The translations under genes and the position numbers were made by a program. A stretch of 62,763 nt of DNA, filler included, from Choristocarpus tenellus KU-1152 (Eukaryota; Protista; Phaeophyceae), in assembly GCA_964200185.2 (NCBI GenBank). It is 8 parts of 8 records of this genome, joined end to end, with 100 filler letters (N's around TTAATTAATTAA, not from the genome) between each part and the next. Parts side by side here need not be neighbours in the genome. Positions count along the whole stretch, not along the records: positions 14,675 to 28,630 come from CAXNAD020001316.1; positions 28,731 to 49,191 come from CAXNAD020000394.1; 6 more parts are not named here. The stretch is one strand, 5' to 3'. Below are positions 26,183-37,670 of this stretch, piece after piece (the stretch's first letter is position 1; each line of letters opens with the position of its first letter). Below the pieces are notes generated by a model, which saw only the letters and a list, made by a program, of their open reading frames with translations, was not told the DNA's origin and made no database searches.

Positions 26183-28583
26183 AGCACCTGTCCTAGCTCG
26201 CTTGCGTCCAGTGCATCGAGGTAGCCGGGCAAGCGACTGTTCCATCGAAAAATCAGAGAGTTTACTAGTTGACGTGTTCTATCTTCCACCAAGATGAACT
26301 ATATATAACAGTAGGGATGACAACGAGCAGCACCTCAGAAGGTCACTTGCTACTTTACACGTCTCATATGGAAAGGGGACAACGTTGGAGGACTATGCAG
26401 GGTACAGGTGATTACTCCAGTTGCTTATGGGGGGTTCACGAGGGCGGTCCGTGGAATACTACTTGTGGTTGAACAACCTGTGAGGCTCTGCGTCGACTAA
26501 GATGAAGTCATATATGGCACGTGTAATTCAATGTCATACTTATATGTTGTTCTGCGCGTTCCGCGCGTTTAACCGTTGCTGAGTCAGATGGTTGGTTGTT
26601 ACAAGATATTGTAGGAAAAATTGTTATTCTTTATTTTGACTATATTATTATACCTAGCACACTGAATATATTTTGCAGATCAGAGATGTTGTCATCATGT
26701 AGAAAACAACAAGGAAAATAAAAAATAGTAAATGGTATGACAAAGATTGTGATTGCTGTATATTGGTTTTTTAACTTTAATGTAGAGACGATCGAGAAGA
26801 ATTGTGACCTGTACTGTGTGATGTTATAAGCATTACTATTCTTGTAACTATGACTACTCCTAATTGACATTGTATATAAATTATTATATAATACTATTAA
26901 ATAATTCCAAATAATATTCTAACCTCTCTCTTCCATCTATTGTCCTTGATTTCAGTCACTTTTTCACCTTAACCAATGACTACACCAGACCGTCATCCCC
27001 ACCCTTATCCCGTTATTATCTAATGGGCCTCGACGGGTCCTGTTAAGTCATATTTGAGAGGGATTGGGCCACTGCCTGGTCTAGTTATGATCTCTAACGG
27101 GCCTAGATAGACCGGTCCTGGTGAGATCTATTTTACTGATGATGGAGAATTAGTCAGATTGCTCAAGGGTCTGGTAAAATTTAAAATGTGCTCAACCAAC
27201 TCTGCAGAGTGTAGAATGTAAAATTCATTCCACCGTGAATCCTGAATTTCGTGGGGGGACAAATGGCTTGAGCAAGGATGGCGAAGAGAACCACAAAGCA
27301 AAACAGAACAGATAAACCCAAGTGAACGAAGGATTCAGAATAGGGGGTCTAAAGGAACCCTTCAGTATTAGTAGTTCTGAAGAGAGTCCATCTTTGGAAC
27401 CGGGCTCATGAAAAGACTCCACTGGAATTTGTCACTCTCGTAGTCCTCCACTGGGAAACCAAGATTCTTGAAAATGAACCCTAGTTGGTATAACGGTAGA
27501 TGATACAGCAATGGGTGGTATGAAAACGGAAAACCCTGGTTTTCAACACAACACTGCTCTGCAATAATGTACTTGAAGAGCAACAAAACAAAGTTGTCTA
27601 TAATGCTTTGGAGTATCTTCCGATGAGTGATGAAGTGTTGGAAGTTGTTACATGCACGGACAATGTGTACATGTTGCCCACTATTGTCACCCATACATAC
27701 AGAGTAAAGGATGAAGGGATGAAGGTTGAGGATCCAAAGCACAACGGGCACTGAACACTTGTTCGGAATGCGCAGCAGTAGTAGCAACAATAGGAGGAGG
27801 TGTAATTGATGGTGAACATCAATCGCGTGGCTAGCCCTGCTGAGATTGATAGCTCCTCCTAACGAAGACCTGTCCAAAGTAACTATTTTCCTTCACCTTT
27901 TCATATCTTTTTCATGCCTGATTTGTTTTAATTAAACACGTAATAGTTATGTTCTTTGCCGCAGTGACATATCTGCATATTTTTTGTTGAATCTTCACGA
28001 TAGGAGGCACAAGCACTAATATATTGGCACTTGCTCTTTCATTACCCTCATTGAAATTGTTCTACATCAACAGTTTCAAGGGCGAGGGAATGGAGTTATT
28101 GCAATGTTTTCCTCGCAAAAGGTCCACAACGCGCTGCAAGAACTGGATGTCCAGTAATTGTATGAATAGTATGCTCTGCTCGCAGACTTGATGCGGCAGT
28201 GATGTGGGGGCTCAGTGTGAATGAGAAGAACAGTGGGAGGAATCTGCCGGGAAGGAAGATTCTGAAGGGGGAGTTGCAACCGCAGAAGTCTTCACCCACT
28301 CTGCATTGAACAATGATTCCCTCCATCATGTTCAAGAAGAAGCGTGTGCGAAACGAAAACAGGAGCAGCAGAAGGACATTGTCAACCCCTTTGGTGAGGT
28401 TGCACCAATGTGGGTCAAGGAGACAGTCAAGTGCCTCTTTGAGAGGGAGAAACTGAGAGGCAAGCAGGACAAATCGTGGGCAGCCATGGTTTCTTTCCGG
28501 AAGAGTGCGGCTGGGCAAACAGTTAGCTTTCTATTATGTATCATTTTTAAGTAGGGATGTAGCCTACTGTATGGCCGTCTGCG

Positions 28584-28630
28584 GGGTCAAAGTATCGTGG
28601 GGGGGGGGGGTGTCGGCGTCCGTTTTTCAC
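28584..28630 (+). mobile_element. MITE family B left end at contig break
   Basis: GGGTCAAAGTATC, G-run, then GTCCGTTT. Confidence 0.6.
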
Positions 28631-29508
28631 NNNNNNNNNNNNNNNNNNNNNNNNNNNNNNNNNNNNNNNNNNNNTTAATTAATTAANNNNNNNNNNNNNN
28701 NNNNNNNNNNNNNNNNNNNNNNNNNNNNNNTGCATGAAGCTCCCCCCTCTTTGGGCATAGGCTCTAGTTTTCCTCCCCCCCCCCCCCCCCCCCCCCCCTC
28801 TAAAAAAATAAATCAGTTATCCTCTTTGTACTGTTCTAATAATCACATCTGACTTTTTGTTTTCATCTTGTAGTGTTTGTATGATACTTTGCTTCACAAT
28901 ACTAGAATCCACTTTCACTGCTGTTCCAATCATCGCTGGTGAACTTTATTTGAAGTTACAATTATAGGGCTATCAATTATTGAGTGAATGGGCCTGTGTG
29001 GTGTGGAACGGTATGGCTGGCCATGATGTCACATCTATTTTACGTGGTCGACTTAGGGTTAGGGTTTTGGTCGGCCATAGGTAAACTGTTCTCACATGGC
29101 CAGAACCATGGCCATCACTACTTCCAGGTGGCCGGGTGGCTGGCTGTCCCAGCACAATTATGTTTGCATATTCCTGAGTCCATGACTGTCAATTCTTCAG
29201 CATGGATGGGCCATGGGCCCACCTGCAATCATAACCTGGAGGGTGGTGTTATTGGATGCCTTAGCAGATGTCAGAGTACAGGCTTTTTTCTTACAGTCCT
29301 ATGGAGGAGCTGTCAAAAGGATGGTTGACCCAGTATGGTGTCATTCATGAGTGCTGACAACTCCCCCACTCTCGACTCTGGATTGTACATTATAGATGAA
29401 CATCAATATGCTTCTCTTTCATTATTGACTTCCTAGAGGTATGTATAGTGTGTCTAATCCCTAATCTGTTAAACCCATCACAATCCGGTGCCTCATACAC
29501 GTGCTGCC

Positions 29509-29549
<41 letters not shown>

Positions 29550-31409
29550 ACCCCATTCTACAATTAAAAAAATTTAACAAAAGGTTGGTGGTATTGNNNN
29601 NNNNNNCCTCCTTCTCCCCTCTTTTATAAGCCCCCCTCCCACCGCTGCCCCCCCCACCCTCCCCCCCCCCCCCCCCCCCCCCCCCTTCCCCTTAAACATG
29701 CCCATAAATGTTTTCAAATGTGAATATATATATCCATGGGTGTGCTTGAATTGAATGTGGATGTGTTGTGGAGGAACAGGTGCTATCCGTTGGCCTTGAA
29801 TCGGATGGGCATGTGGGAGGGAAAGGAATGCTTTTACTCAGGAAGGCCAGCAACTCACATTGCCATTTTTGCTCGTGCATTCTGAGTTCGTAAACTGCAC
29901 AACGGCCTGGAGCAGTGGAGAAATATTGACTAGGGGTTTCTAAGGGGGGGGATGATTGCAATAGACACCACCAATGGCAATAGTCCAGATATGTTTGTTG
30001 CCAAAGCAGGTCCTGAAGCATTCATTCCCTGCTCGCTGTGAAGGTGGTAGCTATGGTTTTCATGTGTATTGTTTGCCATGGAGCACCGATTTAGACCTTT
30101 AGGGGACTGATTTTGAGGAGGTTTTGCCTTTGCATTTTTGTGCCCCATCGCTAGTAACATGTAACCCCAGAGTAAAACCATACAACAGGGGGTCGACTTT
30201 TGGCCCTTTTGATTTTTAAAAGGTCTTGTTAAACCATGTGCAATGTGCACCATTCCCATGCCTGAAATGCTGTTTTTATCTGCTGTTTGGAGGGTGTGGA
30301 TGTAGATGAAAGATTAGCCTTGAATACGTTTTTACCTGAAAACACCCTCAACAGGGCTCAAAACACATGCCATGTGCCACATTTGAAAAAAGGCAGAGGA
30401 GCCCTTCAAACTCAACAGCACAACCCCCTTTTTTGATGGTATCACTCCACAGAGCCTTACCTCAGTTAAAAAGTAGAGCTCAAGCATCAAACACAGAGAA
30501 AACGATTGATACTCAGAAAATCACGTATGACTGGAATTTGATCAAAATTATTGTGCACTTGCAGCTCACTGATTTTGTACCTTTTTTTTTCTTGAGTGAA
30601 TCAATATGAAAGTTCAAAGTAGAAAAAACATGTGTACCGCGGTTGACATCAAAAAGACACCCTTAATTTCAACACTTGGAGGAAGCGAGGGCAGTTGGTA
30701 GGTCATGAGGATATGTGTGTTAAGTTTGTTTCAGGGCACAAAATAATTTATTTTAGGCTGGGACCAATAGGGTCTCACTGCAGCACCTATGTATTTCTCT
30801 TCGACTGCTAGTGTCATCGTTGTTTTCCGTACACCGCATGTAGTAGCTTGATAAGTTTTCGAAAGTAAAGGCCAACACTCTCACAATGGTTACCGTAACA
30901 GAAGTAATGTGGTACTGAGAGGACCAGCTTGAACTAAGTCCGTCTCACCTTGGTTATTGTGCACACAGTGCCGTGGCAGCGGTTGGGGAAGGGGAATATT
31001 TAACACCTGAGGATACGTCCACAATGATATCTGTGTGTCTGTGTGGCTATGTTCAAGTTTGCAGCGACACTGCTCTGGTTCTACTTCCATATTTTTCCCC
31101 TCGTTTGTCAAGCTAGACTGGGGCGATACATCTTACTACGAACACTTGGAAGTGCCAAGGTGCCCTTGTTTCTCAATTTGCTTCCTGTTGCATCTTCGTG
31201 TGAAAGGTGGAGTACTGGTGACGGGGAATGATCAAACTGACACAATAGATGGATGAAAAAATGTTTGTTCTATGATTTGACTTGTCATCACGTGAGTTTT
31301 CCTTTCCGTAAGACATCCAAAATAAGCAGCCATAAAGGGAGGGAAAATGGGGTGGGGCTTCCATTTGCAATTGTACACATCAGTTATTACACCATAATAG
31401 AACCATTAT

Positions 31410-31535
31410 GACCCAAAGTATCTGGGGAGGGGAGGGGATCTACACCAGGGTGTCTATTTGGACCATAACCAGGAAAAGTGCACTTACATTGACCCCAAAT
31501 GGACAGTCGCCATCCCCCCCCAGATACTTGAAGTC
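31410..31535 (-). mobile_element. MITE family B, internally deleted, TSD TTAT
   Basis: GACCCAAAGTATCTGG...CCAGATACTTGAAGTC flanked by TTAT on both sides. Confidence 0.88.
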
Positions 31536-32599
31536 TTATTGGGGGCAGGATGGGGAATTACAGGTTGAGTCAGCGATGTCCTTGAATCCATGGTCTTACT
31601 GGTGGTAGGGTTTGTTGTTCGGCAATCCATTGGTGCATCACATGATAAACTGGATCTATTCAATCCTTACTTTGTGTTCTGTTCTAGATACATATGCTAT
31701 TCACCATTTTTGCATGATGTGCAGAGAAAGTTAACCCATCCATGTGGACGTTGCAAGTCCTCCATGATGGCACCGTGTATGTCGGGCCTTGCCACCACCT
31801 GATGGATCATAATTAGTTGGAGAGGAAGTGAGACCACACGGCCAAGACGTCTAAAACGTATGTACAAACGTACTTTGAAGTATATACATCCATATTATTC
31901 AGAATCATCTTCTATTGGCATAATACATCTACTATTACACTTGTAGCAGACGGATTCTCAACAATAGGAGGGTACAGTACCATTGGAGCTTTATCTGCTA
32001 TGATTGGAGGGTCCCTAATAGTACATTAACTTTCTCAAATATTGTAAGATGCACTACTAGGAGACATTCTGCAACTAACAACGTAAGGAAGAGGTCGGAT
32101 ATTTTAAAGACACGCCTATTCTTAGCTATTGTTGAGTTCAACTTTGTTTGGGTGCGACATGATTTGCAAGCTCAACAGGACAGGCAAACAGCTGTGTCAT
32201 CATACCCATATATGTCAATTGAACTTCACAATTTCCTGTCTTGGGAGGCGCTGCAGGCCACACAGTTGATTGCTCCCCAGATCTGTGCCTCCCACTGTTG
32301 ACCACCCTCGATAAACAAACCTTGGTAGATGGAATAACGGAAAATCTCATCAACACACCAAAACTCGACACAAATAAATGGCAGCACCACTTTTCGGGGG
32401 TATGTAGGGGGGGGGGCATCATGAACTGCCAAAAGATTCGACAAGCAAGTCCCAGTGCGATTGTTGCACAAGATACAAACTGCAAAGCATTCTGCTGCTG
32501 GTCTGTGCATGGGTATTTCTGTCCTCTCATCACAAATTCTGGACCAGCTTCTTCTGGTTGGTTCCCCTCAAGGTTGACGACCATCTTCATTTCCATGCT

Positions 32600-32741
32600 G
32601 GCCCAAAGTATCTGGGGGGGGTGGCGACTATCCATTTGGGGCCCATTTTCCATGTCGCCATTTTTGTGTGAATTTGGTTGCATGCGTCGGATGGATAATA
32701 ATGTAAGTGCGCCCCCCCCCCCCACACAAATACTTTGAGCT
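32600..32741 (+). mobile_element. MITE family B, TSD TGCT
   Basis: GGCCCAAAGTATCTGG...AAATACTTTGAGCT flanked by TGCT on both sides. Confidence 0.88.
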
Positions 32742-33656
32742 TGCTGGCAGCACACAACTTCAAGCCCTCATCAACTGACAACACAGTGAGGTCTTTGTTT
32801 TTCTCTCTCCCCCTCTCCTCTTGCTGATCCATTCCTCCCATGGTCCTTTGAGCTACACACCTACCGATGTGCACGATGTAGTACTTGCCAAGTATTGCCT
32901 AGCTAATTATTACTACATCGATATGTTGAAATTTTGGGTCCGTTTGGTCAATGTTCGGTTTACCAGTCAATTGATTGTCACTCGATCTCGTACTAAATCT
33001 ATTTCCTGATTCCTGTATGTGGTAGAAGTAGTAATATATTTAGTGTTGTGAACGGAAAGAATATATTATAATAAAAACTTCAAATCGGCTAGATCTTTCT
33101 TTGTCCTCGATTACAATCAAAAAGTACAATGGAGGCAGCTAATCGGGGAGCCTTGCGGACCGTCAGCGCGAATTCACACGAAGAATAACCAATAACGGAA
33201 AAAAATAGACTCAATTTTTTGTTTCGACTAATCGGGATTTTATCGAATCGGAGCTATTAAATCTTTACTCTGCATATTGACTCGACGTTCATGTGCATAT
33301 TTGTACACGTAATCAACGTGCGAGTAGAGGCTGACTCTATCCTGCCTACACACAAACGCGAAACAGATGGTATCAACCTTTTCGTAAGAGTAGGGTGAGT
33401 TGGATTAATACAGGGCACAGAGAGGAAGTTGAGCGAAGGAACAGGAAGGGGAAGAAAAGGGTACACACTAAGGACCAGAGAAAGATCAAATCTGCATAAT
33501 GAGGAGGGGGAATCACAAGGAAGGACCCTTTCTCATACCTTCCCAGGGTCGATTGTATCCCATTTCATGAGTAAACGTTTGTATTGAGTGCAGCCCATGC
33601 ACCATTATTGGAGTTCACCTTAGAAATAACGGGCAAATATGCCACAGCAACGACTC

Positions 33657-33990
33657 AGTAGTGACAACAAGCACTTTTGGAACTATTTCTCAACTCTTTG
33701 GCATCTGCAATATAGAGGAAAAAATACTATAGTTGACAAGATGTTTTCAAGAACTGGAAAAAGTATTTTCCTCCCTCAATGTGATGTTTTCTGAAGGATA
33801 ATTAATTATTGGGTTAAATTTTATAGTATTGAATTTTTCCGAATAGGAACACACTATTTTGTTGACCGTATGGCATGTACAAGAACTTTATCACATAGAT
33901 TCTCATACACCAACCAAGGCAACAGCAGAATGGGGCAAATACAGTAGGACATATTAATATAGTTTTCTATATTGACCATAAAATGCAAAT
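33657..33990 (+). repeat. Dispersed repeat family D, left part
   Basis: Matches 43283-43655 (e.g. TTTTCAAGAACTGGAA, GAATAGGA, TTTGTTGACC, AGTAGGACAT). Confidence 0.7.
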
Positions 33991-34028
33991 AATGTTTTGT
34001 TGACAGTTTGACATCTAAAATAATTCTA

Positions 34029-35723
34029 CTAACTCTGTGATATAAGTTTGTGCCGCGAAACATCTGAGCTCGACGAGCGAGAACGGCGCCGAATCGGACG
34101 ATAATCCCACAAAATGAAATCGGGTTGACAATCTCAGCTTTCAGAAGAGGTGGAGGTCGAGGATCATAGGTACAAACTCGAGGTGCTTCAAGTCGTCAAA
34201 GTAGGGGTCTTTTTTGGGTGATTTTGATGCAAGAACTGGGGACATCGAGGTAGATCGTCGGCATGGCAACCCCCCCGTCGACCCCCGCGTAGGAAGGGTG
34301 CCCAAGTGTCCCTGAATACCAGGATTACGCTTGCAGTGTGGCACACTCTCGCGATGGTCCCTGGTGAGCATAAACTTCTACAACACGTTGGGCCGGCCCT
34401 CACAGCGGAGTTGGGAGTGTCCAAGTGTTACATGCGAGAGCTCTGGGAGGACGACATTGATTAGCTCACCTATGGCCACACGCTTGACCAAGGGGTGGTG
34501 GCACGTAGTGGGCGGTCTTCGGAGCTCACACCGACCAAGATGGTCGCAATACATACTATCAACTCCGATAATCGGTCATCCACAATGTGTCAGGTGACAA
34601 TGAAGATGGCCACCAAGGGGCTGAATTATAGCACGAGCACTATAAACAGATGGTTGGATGATATAGGGGCCATGCCGAATTGCCGCTGGATCAAACCCAA
34701 GCATAAATCATGGCAAAAGGTATGAAGAATGGGTTTTGTTTGCGATCAAGTGGACCGGAAACGTGGTGTATACGTCTCCCTGGTGAGCACGATCTATGTA
34801 TGATGAAACCTGGTTTTATGAATGGCTGATGGGGAAAGGGTTAGGGTATTTCCCCATAAGGATAATAGCGACCTTCCAGGGTCCCCTACTGTGCAGCACA
34901 AGAGTCATATCCCCAAAACCATGATCATTGCAGCCAACGCCCGTCCAGATTCGGCTCAAAGCTTTGATGGAAAGCTTGGTGTTTGGCATGTGTGTGCGCC
35001 AAAAACCGCAGACAGGACGAGCAAGAACCATAAAAAGGGGGATGTGTATGAACAGGACTGTACTTTAGACAATTTGTGGTGCAGGAAGTGGTGCAAGGAG
35101 GAGTTACTGCCTGTAATCAAGACCAAGATGCCTTGGTTTCAGGGGAAGCATGTTGTCGTTCAGCAAGACAGTGCCAATCACCCCCACACGGGCAAGGGCA
35201 ACTCAGAAATCTTGTCAGGGGCAGGGAAGAGTGAGGGGTGGTCGATTAGGCTTGTGACGCAACCATCTAACTCCCCCGACCTCAATATCATGGACCAGTG
35301 CTTCTTCAGGTCTTTGAATACCGGGTGATGGGGGAGCGGTTTGGGTTCGTCAAGGAGATGGTGAAGGTCATTAAGAAACAGGATTAGGAGCAAGATGAAA
35401 TCACACTTGAGAGGGCTTGGCAGCTCGTTATTGTGGTGTACAATGAAGTGATTAGGTACAAAGGGGGGAATGACTTCAGTATGGAGCACACAGGGATACG
35501 GAAGAGAGGCAGTTGTCTGGTGAGCTTCAAAACACGCCAAAGGTAGACATGGAGGATTTTTCTGTGGTAGATAAAATTGTGATGGGTGGGGAGTAATAAT
35601 GATTACAGAGCTGACCCTAACCAGAAATTCGTCAAGGATTCCAAATCTTCTTTCAGAAATGAATTTCATCAATATCTTCAAACGTTATGGACTACGCTGC
35701 ACAGACTTATGGCAACGAGGAAG
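34029..35723 (+). mobile_element. Tc1/mariner element (plant DD39D-like clade) with degenerate TIRs and TA TSD
   Basis: TA|CTAACTCTGTGATATAAGTTTGTGCCGCG ... CGCTGCACAGACTTATGGCAACGAGGAAG|TA. Confidence 0.85.
34495..35530 (+). pseudogene. Mariner-like DDD transposase, disrupted
   Basis: Motifs DETWF, KSHIPKTMIIAANARP, FDGKLGVW, QQDSANHPH and QPSNSPDLNIMDQCFFRSL. Stops at 34723 and 35326; frameshift near 34801. Confidence 0.92.
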
Positions 35724-35754
35724 TAATATATTTGTCACTTATATTCTGATGTAC

Positions 35755-36013
35755 GAGTGAAGTATCTTAGAGGGTACGAGTTTTACCCTGTTTGTCCATT
35801 TGGGGCTTGACTTCCCATGGGATTTTTTAATGACATTTTTCTACTCCAAAATGTTTTGGAGTAGGTAAAATGCATACGTTATGAAAAGGTGTGTCCAGAA
35901 TATGGACATTGACACTTCCTAACAAACACAATGGCCAAAATTACATCAAAATCGCAACATTGGTTTTTGACCCTCAAATGGACGCAGCTCTACCCTCTAA
36001 GATACTTTGACTC
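35755..36013 (-). mobile_element. MITE family A
   Basis: Full-length reverse copy GAGTGAAGTATCTTAGAGGGTAC...TACCCTCTAAGATACTTTGACTC; TSD not clean. Confidence 0.9.
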
Positions 36014-36019
36014 TACTAG

Positions 36020-36270
36020 CACCACAGAAACAAAGTGGGGTGGGACAGTATAATAAATAACATGGTGTCCGATATCGGCCTTAAAATGCCAACAGGACGT
36101 GCGCACACGCACAATACGTCTCAAGATTTGACATTATTTCATCAAGGTCCCCACCAGTGACCAACTGATGTATGCATGAAATATTCCATGTCTGATCCTT
36201 CTCGCAAAACATAACAGTCAAAAATTCAATTCCTACGAGATTTCGTACTGAAGGGCCAACAGGGTTCAAA
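36020..36270 (+). repeat. Dispersed repeat family D, right part
   Basis: Matches 43590-43832 (TGCCAACAG..CGTGCGCAC, CAAGGTCCCC, GTATGCATGAAA, ATTTCGTA). Confidence 0.7.
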
Positions 36271-37670
36271 AAGTCCAGAGCCTTTTTTACAGGTTTATTT
36301 GTGTTGGTGTCTGATTATGATTTTGTGACCCCTTTTCTAGAGATGATGTACCATGTATCATCAAATTCCATGTGGGATGTGGGCGAGCCTTCTCTCTCAC
36401 TTTTTTTTTTCAAGAAAAAAAGCCTAGACTGTCTCTAGTTTTTGTTTTTCATTTCAACCCCTGAAAATGTCACTGGACATAATAATCGGGAGGTTTTTCT
36501 TGGCTCACGAATTCTGGATTTAAAATAATGAGCCTCATCTTAGGCTAATATCCACTCCACTCCTCCTCAACCGATGTCACACCATTCAGTCCTTACCACA
36601 TGAACAATGTGACTTACCACAAGAACAATGTGACTACTTTCCACTTAACCACTTGCTAAATAGTGTGGCCAATTTCTGCCACTGGTTTCTATTCACAAAA
36701 CAATTCCGGCTATCAACCTGTGTAGTTAATTTTCGCCACTGATATCAATGACCAAGCAGTGTGACCAATCTTAGCCTCTGGTTTCCAGTCACAAAACAAT
36801 CCACTCATCAATCAATATGTCCAATCCCCGCAACCGATATCCAATCACCAAACAATACAGCCAATTTCCTCAAAAAATCCATTCTCACACCAATCCTCTT
36901 AAAACCCCTTACATCTATCCGTAACACTCCAAAATGCTACACAACACTCCAATTTTTTTTAAACCTGGGACTGAATGAATTTTGCTCTTATACGGTGGCA
37001 GGTTGACTGTGGTGAAGGGGTGCCATAGTGCATTGAAGCACTGGTGAATTCGGACTGATGAACCTAGTGGCATGATGTGCATAGTCAGAGGTTATTTGGT
37101 AAGATGTTCTGGGTATTCCTTGAGGCGCTCAAAAGAAGTACACCATACTCTGAGTAGAGGCTTGGGCACCTTGTGAAGAAGAGTTTTTGACATCCTGTTT
37201 TAACTATGAATAGATGACATCCTGTTGTGTAGAGGTACACTTAGTGCAGAGTGAACTCGAAGTCTCCTCCTCCTCCTACTCCTACTCTGGAAAACACTTT
37301 CAAGTTTAATTAAAAACTGAGGCGACAGCGGTAGTAGTAGCAACCAAGATTTGGAAGATCAACTGGATTCTGGAATAAATATAACATCAAAGATATCATT
37401 CTTCCCTTTCCAAGAACAGTTTAATCCTCAATAATATTATGTTCAATAATACATTACAGATTTTTGTTGTATCTTGTAAGGTTGAACGACTAACAACAAT
37501 GTCGAAGGAGAAGGGATGAGGCTTGCTCGCCATACCAGAGCTTTTTCCATTGGTCTGAACAGTTGAATGGGAACGGCTAGACCTAAGGGCACCGATGCCA
37601 TGCTTATGTTGAAGCTCGTGGCCACAAAAATAAGCCAACCACCAACTCCTGAATAAGACACCAGACCACC

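Noticed and set aside
29508-29685. Long poly-C tracts as G-quadruplex elements
   Set aside because: They flank a 10-N gap; length and sequence are unreliable and likely sequencing artefacts.
32138-32755. 205-aa ORF with a possible BED-finger/hAT remnant
   Set aside because: It starts inside a MITE and the motif is too degenerate to call.
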